From the NCBI RefSeq assembly GCF_006345805.1, contig NC_043014.1:31000001-31064000 (forward strand): a stretch of 64,000 nucleotides of DNA, read 5' to 3'. The notes below the pieces were generated by a model. It did no database searches and was not told where the DNA came from. It saw only the letters and a program-made list of their open reading frames with translations. Source of the DNA: Octopus sinensis (taxonomy: Eukaryota). This document shows positions 1 through 12,600 of this stretch, one piece after another. Both the position numbers and the translations under genes were made by a program. How positions within the stretch are numbered: position 1 is the stretch's first letter; each line of letters starts with the position of its first letter.

Positions 1-1382
1 GTATAGAAGATATAATTTGCATCCGTACTTGATTGGTCAGTACCATAGATAGATGAAAAGTAATCTTAGCAGCATTTGAATTCATAACATAAAGGAATAT
101 AACTAAATGCCATGAGACATTTCAACTAGCTCTCTACATATTTTGTCAGTCAGTTATAAAAACCACCACAACAACAATTGTTTCTAATTTAGGCACAAGA
201 CCAGCAATTTTGAGGGGAGAGTGTTAGTGAATAACATAGACTCCAACACTTGTCTGGTACTTTACTTTTGCAACCCTGGCGGGATGAAAAGCAAAATTGA
301 CTTTGGTGGGGTTTGAACACAGAATGTTGAGAGCTAGAAGAAATACCGCAAGTCTAATGATTCTGCTAACCCACTGGTCTAGCAACAGCAGTAATAATCA
401 TCCTTTCTACTATAGGCACAATGCCTGAAACTTTGTGGGGAGTGAGGATAATTGATTTCATTGATCCTGGTGCTCAATTGATATTTATTTCAGCAACCCT
501 GAAAGGATGAAAGGAAAGTCAACCTCGGTGGCATCTGAACTCAAACATAAAGAGCTGAAAGAAATTCCACTAAACGTTTTGCTTGGTTTGCTAATGATTC
601 TACCACCTTGTTGCCCTAATCATAATAACAATAATAATAATAAAATCCATGTTAAAAAAAATTTGAAATAAAAATCGAAGTAAATATATATAATTTTATT
701 CTAATACTAAATAATAAGAAAACATTTTATCCAGTTAGAATGAAAATAAATAAATAAACCCTGGATAAACTAAACATAGTTAATGAAAAGAAAACCTGTT
801 AAATTGCTTTGAGAAAAATATATATATAATAAAAAAAAAAGCAGCCATTAAACAAACATTTAAGGAAACCAAATTGTTGGTTGTTTAGATTTCGTTAGAA
901 TTCAGTCAGAATTTTAATAATGTCTAAGTTGATTTCACCGGAAATTATTTGATTACTATCAAATAATTTCCATGCAACCTGTCATGCTCTCTCCTGCCCT
1001 GCTCTTCCTTCCTTTTGTCTCCTCTTTTCTCTCTTCCTTCTCTTCTTCTCAATAAACTAATAAAGCAAACTGAAATAGGTTAATTCTCTAAGATATATCA
1101 AACCAAACAGTAAAAGTAAACAGGTCATCAGTTGCAAGAGATTGAAAGACTGAAACAAGTGTTTAGTTCTCAATTCCATAGGATTAAGCAATCAGCAGTT
1201 AAGAAAGAGCCACAAATGAGACCAATTTATTGAGTATTGTCTTGACCAGTAGGAAAGGACTTGCTGGATATAATCTTTAAATCTTAATACTGTCTTTTAA
1301 TATAAAAGAAAGAAAAAAAAACAGAACCACACATACAAGAAGAATAAATTAGAGAATGTAGTTACATTATTTTCTGAAATTT

Positions 1383-1620
1383 TGTGCTGGTGACACATAA
1401 AAGGCATCTGTGCGAGAAACACATAAAAGCACCTGTGCTGGTGACTTGTAAAAGGCACCCACTGCACTTTGTGGAGTGGTTGGTGTTAAGAAGGGCATCC
1501 AACTGTAGAAACCAAACCAAAACAAACTGGAGCTTGGTGCAGTTCTCCAGCTTACCAGTTCTAGTCAAACTGTCTAACGCATGCCAACATAGAAGCTGGA
1601 CACTAAATGATGATGATAGC
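1383..1620 (+). mobile_element. RTE-tail element, three spacer-less units
   Basis: Three degenerate tgtgc..taaaa(g)gca(c/t)c units, then ggagtggttggtgttaagaagggcatccaactgtagaaac and a gatgatgat tail. Confidence 0.72.
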
Positions 1621-1809
1621 TAGAATACAATTTAATCATATAAGTCTGCTTAATCAAAGCTGAAGTGGGAATAAACAACAACAGCACCAACAACAACCAC
1701 CATCCTGTATATTCATGGTTCTTAATCAGCTGCTATTACTGCTGGCTTGTGCCCATGGTCAAAATACTTAAACCATGATGGTTGTGTTGTAAATATACAG
1801 GTACCACAT

Positions 1810-2024
1810 AATCTTTTCTACTCTAGGCACAAGGCCTGAAATTTTTGGGAGGGGACCAGTCGATTAGATCGACACCAGTATGCAACTGGTACTTAATATA
1901 TTGACCCCGAAAGGATGAATGGGAGAGTCAACCTTGGCAGAATTTGAGCTCAGAACATTATGACTGACGAAATACCGCTAAGCATTTTGCCCGGCGTGCT
2001 AACATTTCTGCCAGCTCGCTGCCT
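1810..2024 (-). mobile_element. SINE family A, alternative-tail variant
   Basis: Same head and central domain. Tail reads ...gactggtcccctcccaaaaatttcaggccttgtgcctagagtagaaaagatt on the minus strand. About 25 further A copies by eye, e.g. 181-378, 398-617, 5017-5370, 7660-7800, 39770-39920, 59280-59460, 63452-63775 (-) and 12290-13135, 16127-16550, 29830-30020, 30350-30500, 45498-45910, 52530-52640, 53535-53730 (+). Confidence 0.85.
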
Positions 2025-2437
2025 TCAGTTACCACATAATATAACTCACCAAAGTAACTTTGTAAAATTGAGGAGTATTTTGTTAACATGTTGTACTGAG
2101 TTCAAGTTCTGTGTACTTGATTCATACTGGATGCAGCTGTTCTTTCAAAGCTCATATATTATTAAGTATTTGAGAGATGGTACCCTCTGGGATAGAATGT
2201 TAATTTAATGCTAACAATATTCTCTGAAGTGGTATTATCTGTTACTGATAAGGTGGTGAATTGTGGTACATAGAATTGTGTTCTGCCCAGAAAGACTGTA
2301 TGATGCCTGTTCAGAAAGATGGCATCATAGTTGTTGTGACTACAAACTTATTAGCTATGAGTCTGGACCCAGTATCTTAATTATTCAAGTAAAACCTATT
2401 TCAAATAAATAACTTAGAGTATTTAATCAAATGGATA

Positions 2438-2812
2438 TGGGTATGGCTGTGCAGTAAGATGCTTGCTTCCCAACGACATGGTTTTTGGGATCAGTCTCAC
2501 TGTGTGGGATCTTAGGAAAGACTATATCCCCCAGGCTGACCAAAGCCTTATGAGTGGATTTGGTTGATGGAAGACTGAGAGAAGCTCATCGTGTATGTGT
2601 CTCTTTACGTTTGTTCTTCGCCACCACCACTTGACAAACCTGTGTTAGTTTGTTTATATTCCTGTAACTTGCATGTTCAGCAGAAAGAGGCCGATAGAAT
2701 AAGTACCAGGCTTAGAAATAAGTCCTGGGGTCAATTTGTTTGATTAAGCTCCATCAAGGCAATGCTCTAGCATGGCTGCAGTCAAATGATAGAAACAAGT
2801 AAAAGATAAAAG
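2438..2812 (+). mobile_element. SINE family B copy
   Basis: Colinear with 14547-14944. Other B copies: ~9779-9930, 23020-23370, 48719-48968, 51143-51300, 55841-56186, 59704-60066 (+) and 15280-15445, 27200-27400, 29620-29750, 40030-40430, 45290-45450, 49056-49272, 49850-50010, 53085-53365, 56272-56634, 58400-58740, 60229-60660 (-). Confidence 0.82.
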
Positions 2813-3414
2813 ATTAAAAAATCTTCATTAACCATTTAGCATTTAAACCAATCATATCTGGCCCAAATACTTTACCTGGTTTGTGTCCAAACTGACCAGC
2901 TCCAGCTTCTCACACCTACCCTACAATTCATTCTCAAAGTAAATATTCACATCATTGAAATCTCAAAGCTGCAGGATAATGCATGATTAATTCAAAATAA
3001 TGTGAATAAATAAGCATTACATTTGACAAAGTAATCTGAATGCTATTGGGTTAAATTCAAGTGTGTTATGGAAAGTTTATGAAAAGTCTTGTCTAATCTC
3101 AGTCTTACCAGTGTATGTGCACATTGTAGGGAGATGAGTGAGTTTGAGTTATGCATATAAGATTATGCCATGCTATAACTAAATTAACATCTGTGAATAT
3201 GCCATGTAATAACCAACGTTATATAAATGAAAACCTCTACTTGGAGTGTTATAGTTATAAAGAATTAAATTCAAACCTTACTAAACATTTAATATAATCT
3301 TATTAAAACTATTTGCTCCGGTAGTATATGCAAGTGTGTGAACATGTGTTTGTGTATTTGTGTATGCAAATTTGTAAACACTGCCAACCCATATAAGTGC
3401 AAAGAATAAAGAAG

Positions 3415-3716
3415 CTAAAGTATTTTATTATAGCTATTATCATCATCACCATTATTATCTTAGCCACCACCACCGCCACCAGTATCATGATGACCATCAT
3501 CTCTGCCACTACCATCACTACTATCATCATCATTATCATCACCATCACAACTACCATCAACCTCATCATCACCATTATTATTACCACAATCATAGTTTTC
3601 ATCACCACCATGTGATTTTGCTTATGAGTTGATCAGCCTCTGGATAATTTTGAGACTAATCTGTAGTATCATCATCAGCACCACCATCACTACTATTACT
3701 ACCATCATTATCATTT
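3415..3716. repeat. Degenerate (ATC/ACC/ATT)n trinucleotide tract
   Basis: Visible periodicity; source of the poly-I/T and poly-M/V ORFs. Confidence 0.9.
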
Positions 3717-4649
3717 AAGTATTCATTGTTGAAAATTGACCCATTTAAATGGCATCCTAGCCATCTCCAATTTGGCAAACACTATTGCACAGCAAGATGT
3801 CATTATGTGAACTGGTGCCAAAATATCAAGATTGCTTTTCAGTTATTTAATACAGTCTTATTCATCTCTATAATTTAGAATTTCCCCCAATTTCAGGTGT
3901 GAGCATAGCATTGATGCAAAATCTTCATGGAAGTCTGTAAGAAACAGATGATTTTTATTTTTTACCTCTAAATTGTATATTCGTGTTTTTTCTCACTCAT
4001 ATTTCTCTGTCACTTCAACCTGCATAAAGTTGCAGTTGCTGCTGTTGTTGTTGTTGAATGACCTCTAAGTTTTCCTCAAGCTAACAGATAGAATGTCCGA
4101 ATATTTAATTTACAGATCTAGCCATACCGGGTGTGTTCCCTTTAGTTTGTTGCTGTTTAAGTCCTGGACAGCCCAAACAAGTCCTTCTTCTCTTAAGACT
4201 GCTATGATACGAAGGAGATTCAGCTATTTCTTACAGGTTGAATGACCATATAGAGGTCTGTTCATTGGTATGTTCTAATTTAGTTTTTAGTAGATTGTAT
4301 AGGTTATGGAGTTTATTTGGTCTATATACCATTTTTTTTATATACAGGTAACTCATACCAATTATTTTATATATTTTCAACACTTATTCCCAGCATTTCC
4401 AGAATATTTTGTAGGCACAAGCCTGATTTTGGGATGAGTAACCTTTCTTTATTTGCATTAATTTGTGACTATATAATTGTATTGTATAATGCTGAGCATA
4501 TTATTGATGCATACTGAAATTAATAGTACATGAAGAAGGTTATAAAACGTCCGTAATCATATGGAAGTCATATGGATAAATAAATCTATCTTCACCTCTC
4601 ACATCTCCTGACTTTATGCTTTATATTACATGTGTGTGTGTGTGTGTGT

Positions 4650-4694
<45 letters not shown>

Positions 4695-5940
4695 CATATA
4701 TGTTTTGACATGTATGCACTTGCTGTAAACAAGACATTGCTGTTCATAAAAATAGTGTTGCATGTTTGCAGTCCTCTGCAAATGCATGCCTGAGTTGTTC
4801 ATTGTTTGATAGACTCGTGGACATTTTACCTTTCTTGGAACCAAATGAGGGTTGGCAAAACAAGGGGCATTTGGCCATATAAAATTCCACCTCAATAAAG
4901 TCTTCTGATCCATGCAAGCATGGAAAAATAGTTGTTAAAATGATAATGATTATGATATTAGTCTTGAATTTTCTACATTTGTTAGCATTACTCGTTAATA
5001 CTAATTAGAAATAATAATCCTCTTTTTTGCTACAGGTACAAAGGCTTGAAATTTGTGGGAGGAGTTAGTTGAATACATTACCACCAATGCTCAACTGGTA
5101 CAGTGCCTAAGAGGATGAAAGGCAAAGTTGATCTTGGCAGAATTTGAACTCAGAGGACAATAATGATTCAAATTTTGGCACAAGGCCAGCACATTCAGGG
5201 ATGGGGCAATTCGATTACATCAACCCCAGTGCTCAACTGATACATATTTTATCAACCCCAAAAGAATGAAAGTTAATCTTGGTGGCATTTGAACCCAGAA
5301 TGTAAAAGTAGACAAAATACTTATCAGCATTTTGTCTGGTGCAGTAACAATTCTGGCAGCTCACTGCCTAAATGCAGAACATAATAGCAACAGCAACACC
5401 AACTACAATGATATCAGCAATTTCTAACATAGATACAAGACCACAAATCAATTAAATCCACCACAATATTTGGCTAGGCACACTTGATTCCAGGATTTAA
5501 ATGCTATTAGGAATGATACTTTATGATGATGATGATAATAATGATGATTCTAATGCTGTAAAGATATTTTTCCAATCCATACTGTTACTTTATGCATCCC
5601 AAAAGGATAGAAATCACAGTAGTCAACTTCTGCAGAATTTAACCTTAGAATATAAGAGTAAGTAAATATTGCCAGGTATTTTCTTAACTGCTCTACCAAT
5701 TCTGATAATGATGATTTCTTTATTTTAACAACATCAGTTTTTTATGACAGGAGAGGATGTTGTCAGTTGAAATTAACTTCACTACAAATTTTATCAGTCC
5801 TTGGCAGTGTAAAAGGGAAATACATGTTTGGTAGGAATTAAACTAAAATCAATAACCCAACTGCATTAACAAATTAAAGCACCTTCATCTTAGACATCAG
5901 TGAGACAATCATTTTTACATTAAATATTAGACTGTATAGT

Positions 5941-6156
5941 TTAATCCTTTTGTTACCGTATTTCTAATGAAATATACTGCCTTTGTTTCAATTAATTTTG
6001 AAATTGATGAAGAATTTAGTAAAATAGATTTAAGCTGGTGTTTAGAATAAATTAACATAACATTTTGAAGGAAGGTTTTAATTTAGAATACTTTGAAAGA
6101 GGAAATTTGTATCAGAATCGAGGCAGTCTCTGGTAGGTTAGTACCAAAATGGTTTA
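5941..6156. mobile_element. TTAA-flanked MITE family F
   Basis: TTAAtccttttgttacc...ggttagtaccaaaatggttta. Homologous copies at 8548-8966 (interrupted), 24825-25036 and a partial end near 53490-53524. Confidence 0.75.
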
Positions 6157-6429
6157 CCTGAAATCAATGTTGGCCTTATAGTCGAATATTTGTTAGTGTG
6201 TCCTTATCACCAACACCATGTTATGTCTTTGCTAAAGATGCTTGACTTTTAATAATTAATGAATCTTGAAATTTGCACTATTAGCAACATACAGATCATT
6301 GCTGATGGATATTATTACACAGTTGAGTGATATTTTGTTAGCTTACGGTTATTAATTCATACCCTACAAGAGTTTAATATTCTGTGTAATAGTAGATGAA
6401 GCAGAACTGCCTCTTTAGTATTCTTTAGT

Positions 6430-7310
6430 TCCAGAAAGCATGAATTTCTGTTGTGGGAATAGTGCTTGTTGTATTTAAAAAGGCTTTTGTGGGAACATCA
6501 GCCATTTGATAGTATTAACTTTGAGTATCTGTGGAAGTTCTTTTCAAGATTGATTGTCCACCTGATTTTGTAGATATCAATTTAAAGAAAAGTCAATTGA
6601 CTGAAAGATTCAGTTTCAGATTTATTGCAACATTTTCAACATTCACTGACTTTTTGCTAAAACAAAATGATGAGAAATGCTTATGCATCTGCTCTTTGCA
6701 GATAACTGTAGCTTTGTTGAAGGTATTCAAGGAAACCTGGATTTCTCAGCTGTTGCAAAGAACTTTGTTCCCTTAGTCAGCATAACAGAGATTGGAATCA
6801 TTTATCAAATCCAGACCTAGATCTTGATGTTTCCCAAGTAATCCAGAAATCACTGTTGATGGAAATGTGCTAAAAGTGGTGGAGGATTTTGAGACAATGC
6901 AGCATCCAGTAAACTATATACCTCCATGTCTCCTCCAGAACTGGTAAAGCAAGTGTTGTTTTGGCAGCCTGACAAATCAACTTTGCAATAATCCAGATAT
7001 TTCACTGCATATGGAGAGTCAAACATATAAAGCTGTGATCTTAACTGAAACTATTGTATGGTGCAGAATTACGGACCCTGTACAACAGGTAGATAAAGCA
7101 ATTACACACTTTCCATTGTTGCTATCATTAGAAAATCTGTAAGATCAAGAAGCAGGACATGATACTCAATATAGAAGTCCTATTTTGCTGTAAAATTGGT
7201 GGTGTGCAGATACTGAGACATCAACTTCACTGGTGTGATCATGTGAGTGGATTGGATCTAAAGATGATAAAAATCCCAAAGTAGTCGTTGATGACCATCT
7301 TGCTAGTCAT
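6430..7310 (+). mobile_element. RTE (BovB-like) LINE fragment, RT to C-terminus
   Basis: Frameshifted motifs FDSINFEYLWK, CPPDF, HLLFADNCSF (FADD box), PEITVDGNVLKVVEDF, YKAVILT..LYGAE and QLHWCDHV. Confidence 0.8.
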
Positions 7311-8229
7311 AGATATTTTAGCAAGTATTTTTTTGGAGTACCTCTGAAACAAAATTTGAAGATGTGTCATATTAACGAAACCATGGCTTCATTCAATCGT
7401 GTTAGAGAATTTTTTGCATGAAGGGCATTGAACTCTTTGAATCGACTTCTATTGAAACCTTTGAAGTGAAAAGTAGAAGGGAGAATATACAAACAGACTT
7501 AAAAGTGAACATTTTATTTCTATTTTGATTTTTGTAATATTTCACTATGTTACAGTCAATGTTAGTTTAAAGTTAAATTTTTACTACGTTTTTTTTTCTA
7601 TTTTAAGAATTTAAAAGTATAACTCTGAAACACTTGTAACAAGTATTATAGAAGATTTCTAATAGGCACAAGATGATACATTTAAGGGGAGGAATTTACA
7701 GTCAATTAAATAGTCCCCAGTTCTTGACTGCTGTTACTCATATTGATTCTGGAAGAATGGAAGGCAAATGTTGGCTTTGGCAGAGTTTAAACTCAGAACA
7801 TATGGATCTATATTTGCTGAATGGCTTAAGCACAAAATTGGACATATATGCACACATATATCATGTACATCCCATGAGAAAATATTCAGAGTAGACAGTA
7901 TGCATTATTAAAGTAGATTGTCGCCAAAAAGCCTTGCACTATGAAACAAAATATCAAAATAAGTTGATAACATTTTTGAACAGCCATCACTTTCTCTTAC
8001 CAGTAATTGTCTTTACTGCTATTCATCACTTGCTCTCTTATTAACAAACTCCCATCTCTTCTTCCACATTAACCCCCTGCCAATACTATTACTCTTCTAT
8101 TACTTCTTTCAACACTGTCTCTTTCATCACTATCTCTTCCTTCATCCTGTCACTTTGTTTCTCTCATCAGAACCTGACTTCCTTCACTCTCACACTCAGT
8201 CTGATATGCCAGCAAAAAGAGGATCTGAA

Positions 8230-9450
8230 AATAAAAGATTTGCCAGTGTTCTGTGAATGGGGAATCAGAGAGATGAAATGTTCTGGATTATAAAGTCGTG
8301 TGTCAATGTAAATTAAGATCTCAAATATCGGAATAGTACATATGGAATGATAGTGCACATCTATTGTCACTGTTGACAAGAAAGAGTCTTGGGCATATTG
8401 TTATTAGAGAAAATTGTTGGAGAGAAATGGTGTACTCTAATTAGACCAGTTATACAGATGAAAATGCAATATGAAGATAGGGACAGCTGATGGACTAACA
8501 AAAATAGTCACTGAGATACTTAAAATATCCAAAATTGAACAGACTAGTTGACTCTTTTGATATCAACCTACTTTAAACTGCCTCTGGTTCTGTTATATAA
8601 GCTTCCTGTCTTAACTCTTTAGCACTCAGATTTCTCTATCAAATGTAATGCTTATTTATTTATTGTTTTGAATTAATCATACATTGTAGCTTTGAGATTT
8701 CGATGATGTGAATGTTTATTTTTAGAATAACGTTGTAAGGTAGGTGTGAGAGACCTGATCCGGTCAGTTTTAACATAGGCCTGTTATTGCAGTTTTGAAT
8801 GATAAAGGGTTAAAGTGATCATTATTGAAACTTTCCATCAAAATTTATGTTCCTGACACTAGCTTAATAATGACAGTCATTTTACTGAACTTTTCATTAT
8901 TTTCAAAATTAAATGGAAAAAAAAAAGCAGTGTATTTCAACAGAAATATGTTGACAGAATGGTTAAACAGGTAGTACAAGGATGTCTCATGCATAGTGAC
9001 TCATGCAGTGGTATTGCCAATTGCTACAAAAAGAAAGAAAATGCTCTAGAAAGAAGCACCTGCAGAAACATCAAATTATAGACCAGGTTAGAAAAATAAC
9101 AGAAACAATTAAAACACAACTGATTAGGAAAAAAGTTATGAAAGATGAGATGAAATTCAGGTTTGTGTTTGGATGGAGTACAACTGATGGCTTTTTTCTA
9201 TAAGAACATCCCACTACAACTAACATTTATCAATCTAGATAAAGCTTAGTACCATGTCTTGTAGTCTGGTAGTCACTAGGAAAACAAAGGTTGCAAGAGC
9301 TGTACAAGCCATTTGTATATGGATGCTGTAAACAAGATGAAAATTAGTAAGAACATTGACATGTGGGTAAGTGGCCATCAGTGAGAAATTTCACATCAAT
9401 CAAGGTTCAGTTCTCAGCCCTCTTCTGTTCATCAGGTCGTAACAGATGGA
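8230..9450 (+). mobile_element. RTE LINE fragment split by nested MITEs
   Basis: Left part: KRFASVL*MGNQRDEMFWI and NMKIGTADGLTKIVTEILKIS (8230-8545). Right part resumes after 8966: ANCYKKKENALERS, DQVRKITE, DEMKFRFVFGWSTTDGFFL, FINLDKA and QGSVLSPLLFI. Confidence 0.8.
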
Positions 9451-10407
9451 GTTTAAAACTGAATTTTCATGGGAACTCCCACTTGTTGATGGGCTAGTTC
9501 TCGTAGCTGAATCTATCAAATATTTACTTAGAAATAACAAATATGGAAGTAAAGCCTAGAATTGAGAGGCCTTACAGTAAATCTAGCTATGTTTTAGTTA
9601 GCACAAAAAAGACAGGACTCTGCTATCATCAGGGAAGTGGCCATAATTGTTATGCACAAAAGATTCAATAGGAAGAAAAAGATTGATCGAGAAAAAGACT
9701 GGCATTGTATGAAATGCAGTGGGATCACAGTCAGATTCTGCATAGGAAGAAATATTTCACAGAAATATATACTTAGGTGCAGACATGGCTGTGTAGTAAG
9801 AAGTTTGCTTTTCAGCCACATGGTTCTGAGTTCAGTTCTGCTACATGGCATCTTGGGGTAAGTGTCTTTTACTATAACCCGGAGCCAACCAAAATCTTGT
9901 GAGTGGATTTGGTAGATGGAAACTGAAAGATGTACATACGTGTCCCAGCATGATTACAGCCTTAGGGCTGAAATGTGTAAAAGAGTAAAAGAATATATAT
10001 ACATACGTATTGCTTTTCAAGCTGGTATGGTTTGGATGGTTTGACAAGGAGCTGGCATCTTTGGCAAAGTTTCTATAGCTAGATGCTCTTCCTATCATCT
10101 TCCACTTTTACAGAGTGTACTGGGTATCCCCACCATCACTTAGCAACCAGTATTATTTTGTTTATGTCCCACATAACTTAGCATTTTGGCATAAGGAACC
10201 AATAAAGTAAATATCTGGCTTATAGAAAAAAAAGTACTGAGATCGCAGTCCAATGACTGAAACAAGTAAAAGAAGGTATTTACTAGGTCAAAGTCACCAA
10301 AGATGTTACGATGTTGCCAGTTGTTGGAGTCATCAAATTCCACTTGAATGTTCAGAATGATCCTACAGTTCATATTTGACTGCTTTTACACATAGCTGTG
10401 CATAAAA

Positions 10408-10450
<43 letters not shown>

Positions 10451-11121
10451 TCTTGTGGCTTGGCCTCAAATCATACCTGGTCTAATAACATTGTGATCAG
10501 AAGAATTCCAGTAATGATCCTTCATTGAAATCGACAATTTTATTTGTTTTTATATTGTAAAAATTTCTCATCATTTGAGAGAGATATACAAGTGTTATGT
10601 ATAGTAGGTCATGTGACTACTTAGAGGCTCTTTTTGTATATTATATATCATCATCATTTAATGGTCTCATTTTCCATGCTGGCATAGGTAAGACAATTCA
10701 ATATGAACAGAGCAAAAGGGTTGTGCCAAGTTCTAATGTCTGCTTTGGTATGGTTTATACAGCTGGATGCCCTTCTTAATACCAACCACTTCACTGAGTG
10801 TACTGGGTGCTTTTTTTACATATTTATATATGTTTTAAGATTTCTCTTAGGCATAGTGATATATGTATATGCATGCGCGCGTGCACACACACACATACAT
10901 GTCTATGTGTTTTAGTTGGTGTAATAGCTGATATTAGACAAACCATACTCACATGCACAATAAACACATAAACATGATGTGCAGACAGTATTTATAGAAA
11001 AAAAAAATATATAGAATGATTCCGTTTGTTCTAAAGCTTATTTCTTAAAAAGAAAAATTATCTTTGCATAATTTCTTTAAATTTTGCCTTCTATTTTCTT
11101 AAAAATTTTTTTTTCCTCTTT

Positions 11122-11168
<47 letters not shown>

Positions 11169-12416
11169 TACTGTTGTATCTTTTATCCTCATTTTTTTAA
11201 TTCCTTTTTTTTTATGAAATCTCTGTAAGTGAGGCCTGGAACTAAATTGTTTCATCAGACGTATTATAAATCGATCTGTACTTGGGACGGTGTCCAACTA
11301 TTTCAACGAGTAGCTTTTATATAATTTTCCTTTCAATAATACTTGTTAGACCAGATCAAAGTCTTGTTAAATGCAGTCCTTGTGTGTGTGTGTATGTATG
11401 AATAATTGGTGTTGGGGAAGGTTATTGGTCACCTGCTTAAGAATCTCCCTCCCCTCAGTCCCTTCTTTCTCCACCCCAAGTTCCTGCTATTTCTCTATTG
11501 CTACTTTTACATCTTCTAACATTTCTCTAAGCCAATAAAAATGCCTTAAGTAGTGCAGACAATTTCACCTGTCCATTTCTTTTTGTAAAACTGTTTTTGC
11601 ATTGATTTATTCCATGCTAACAAGGAGGTGATAGATTCCTGAAGATTTCAACATTTGTATATTGTTTTTGGAGTATCCGAGTAGTTAGTTGCCTTTCCAC
11701 TGCTACAAATTAACCATATAGTTGTTGTGGAACCTGTTCTCAGTCCAATAGACTGCTAACCATTTAGTCATATAGTAGTGGAACCTGTTTTCAGCCAAGC
11801 AGATCGTGGCTTTATTTAGGAACACCTGCACCTAGAATTAATCCAAGAAGTAAGCTTCTACAGGTATACTTGGAGATTGTGAAGAGGATTTCACTGGAAA
11901 TGAAAAAACTGTCCTCCAGTTGTTTCAACTGCATTGAACCGTGACAGTGGTAGGTGCTGCTTAGTGAGAGATACTTGTTGCAGAAAGTGGGAGATTTCAG
12001 TGTTCAGATGACTGTTATCAGAATTGCAAATATTCAAGGCAGATGACAAGGTGCAGTACATCAGAACCTATCTAATTCATGTCAATATACGTCATCATAA
12101 ATACTTGTGTGTGTGTGTGTGTGTGTGTGTGTTACACATGCACATACATTAAAAAAAAGGTACTGAATACATATAAGAGAGTGTATGTGTGATGCAGATT
12201 TAGTTGTTCAATGGAAGAAAGGTAAAAGAAAAAAACAAACTAAAAAACTACTTGATACCTCTAGAACTTATTTATTTGGAGTTGCTTTGAGTTTATTACT
12301 CCTTTTGGGGGTCGATGAAATAAGTACCAGTTATGTACTGGGGTTGATGTAATTGACTTATTCCCCTCCCCCCCACCCAAAAAGACGTTCAGACCTTGTG
12401 CCTATAGTAGAAAGGA

Positions 12417-12432
12417 TTATTATTATTACTAC

Positions 12433-12477
<45 letters not shown>

Positions 12478-12522
12478 TATTATTATTACTATTATTATTA
12501 TTATTATTATTATTATTACTAC

Positions 12523-12565
<43 letters not shown>

Positions 12566-12600
12566 GTCGTCATTGTCATCATCATCATCATCATCATCAC
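12417..12600. repeat. Compound (ATT)n/(ACT)/(ATC)n microsatellite expanded from a SINE A tail
   Basis: Begins directly after the SINE tail ...tatagtagaaaggatt. Explains the poly-Ile ORFs 12353-12619 and 12358-12606. Confidence 0.95.

Noticed and set aside
3897-3936. 40-nt AG..GT mini-exon containing NLHG
   Set aside because: It is upstream of the exon that NLHG should follow in RPB8, and the rest does not match. A chance splice-like pair is likely.
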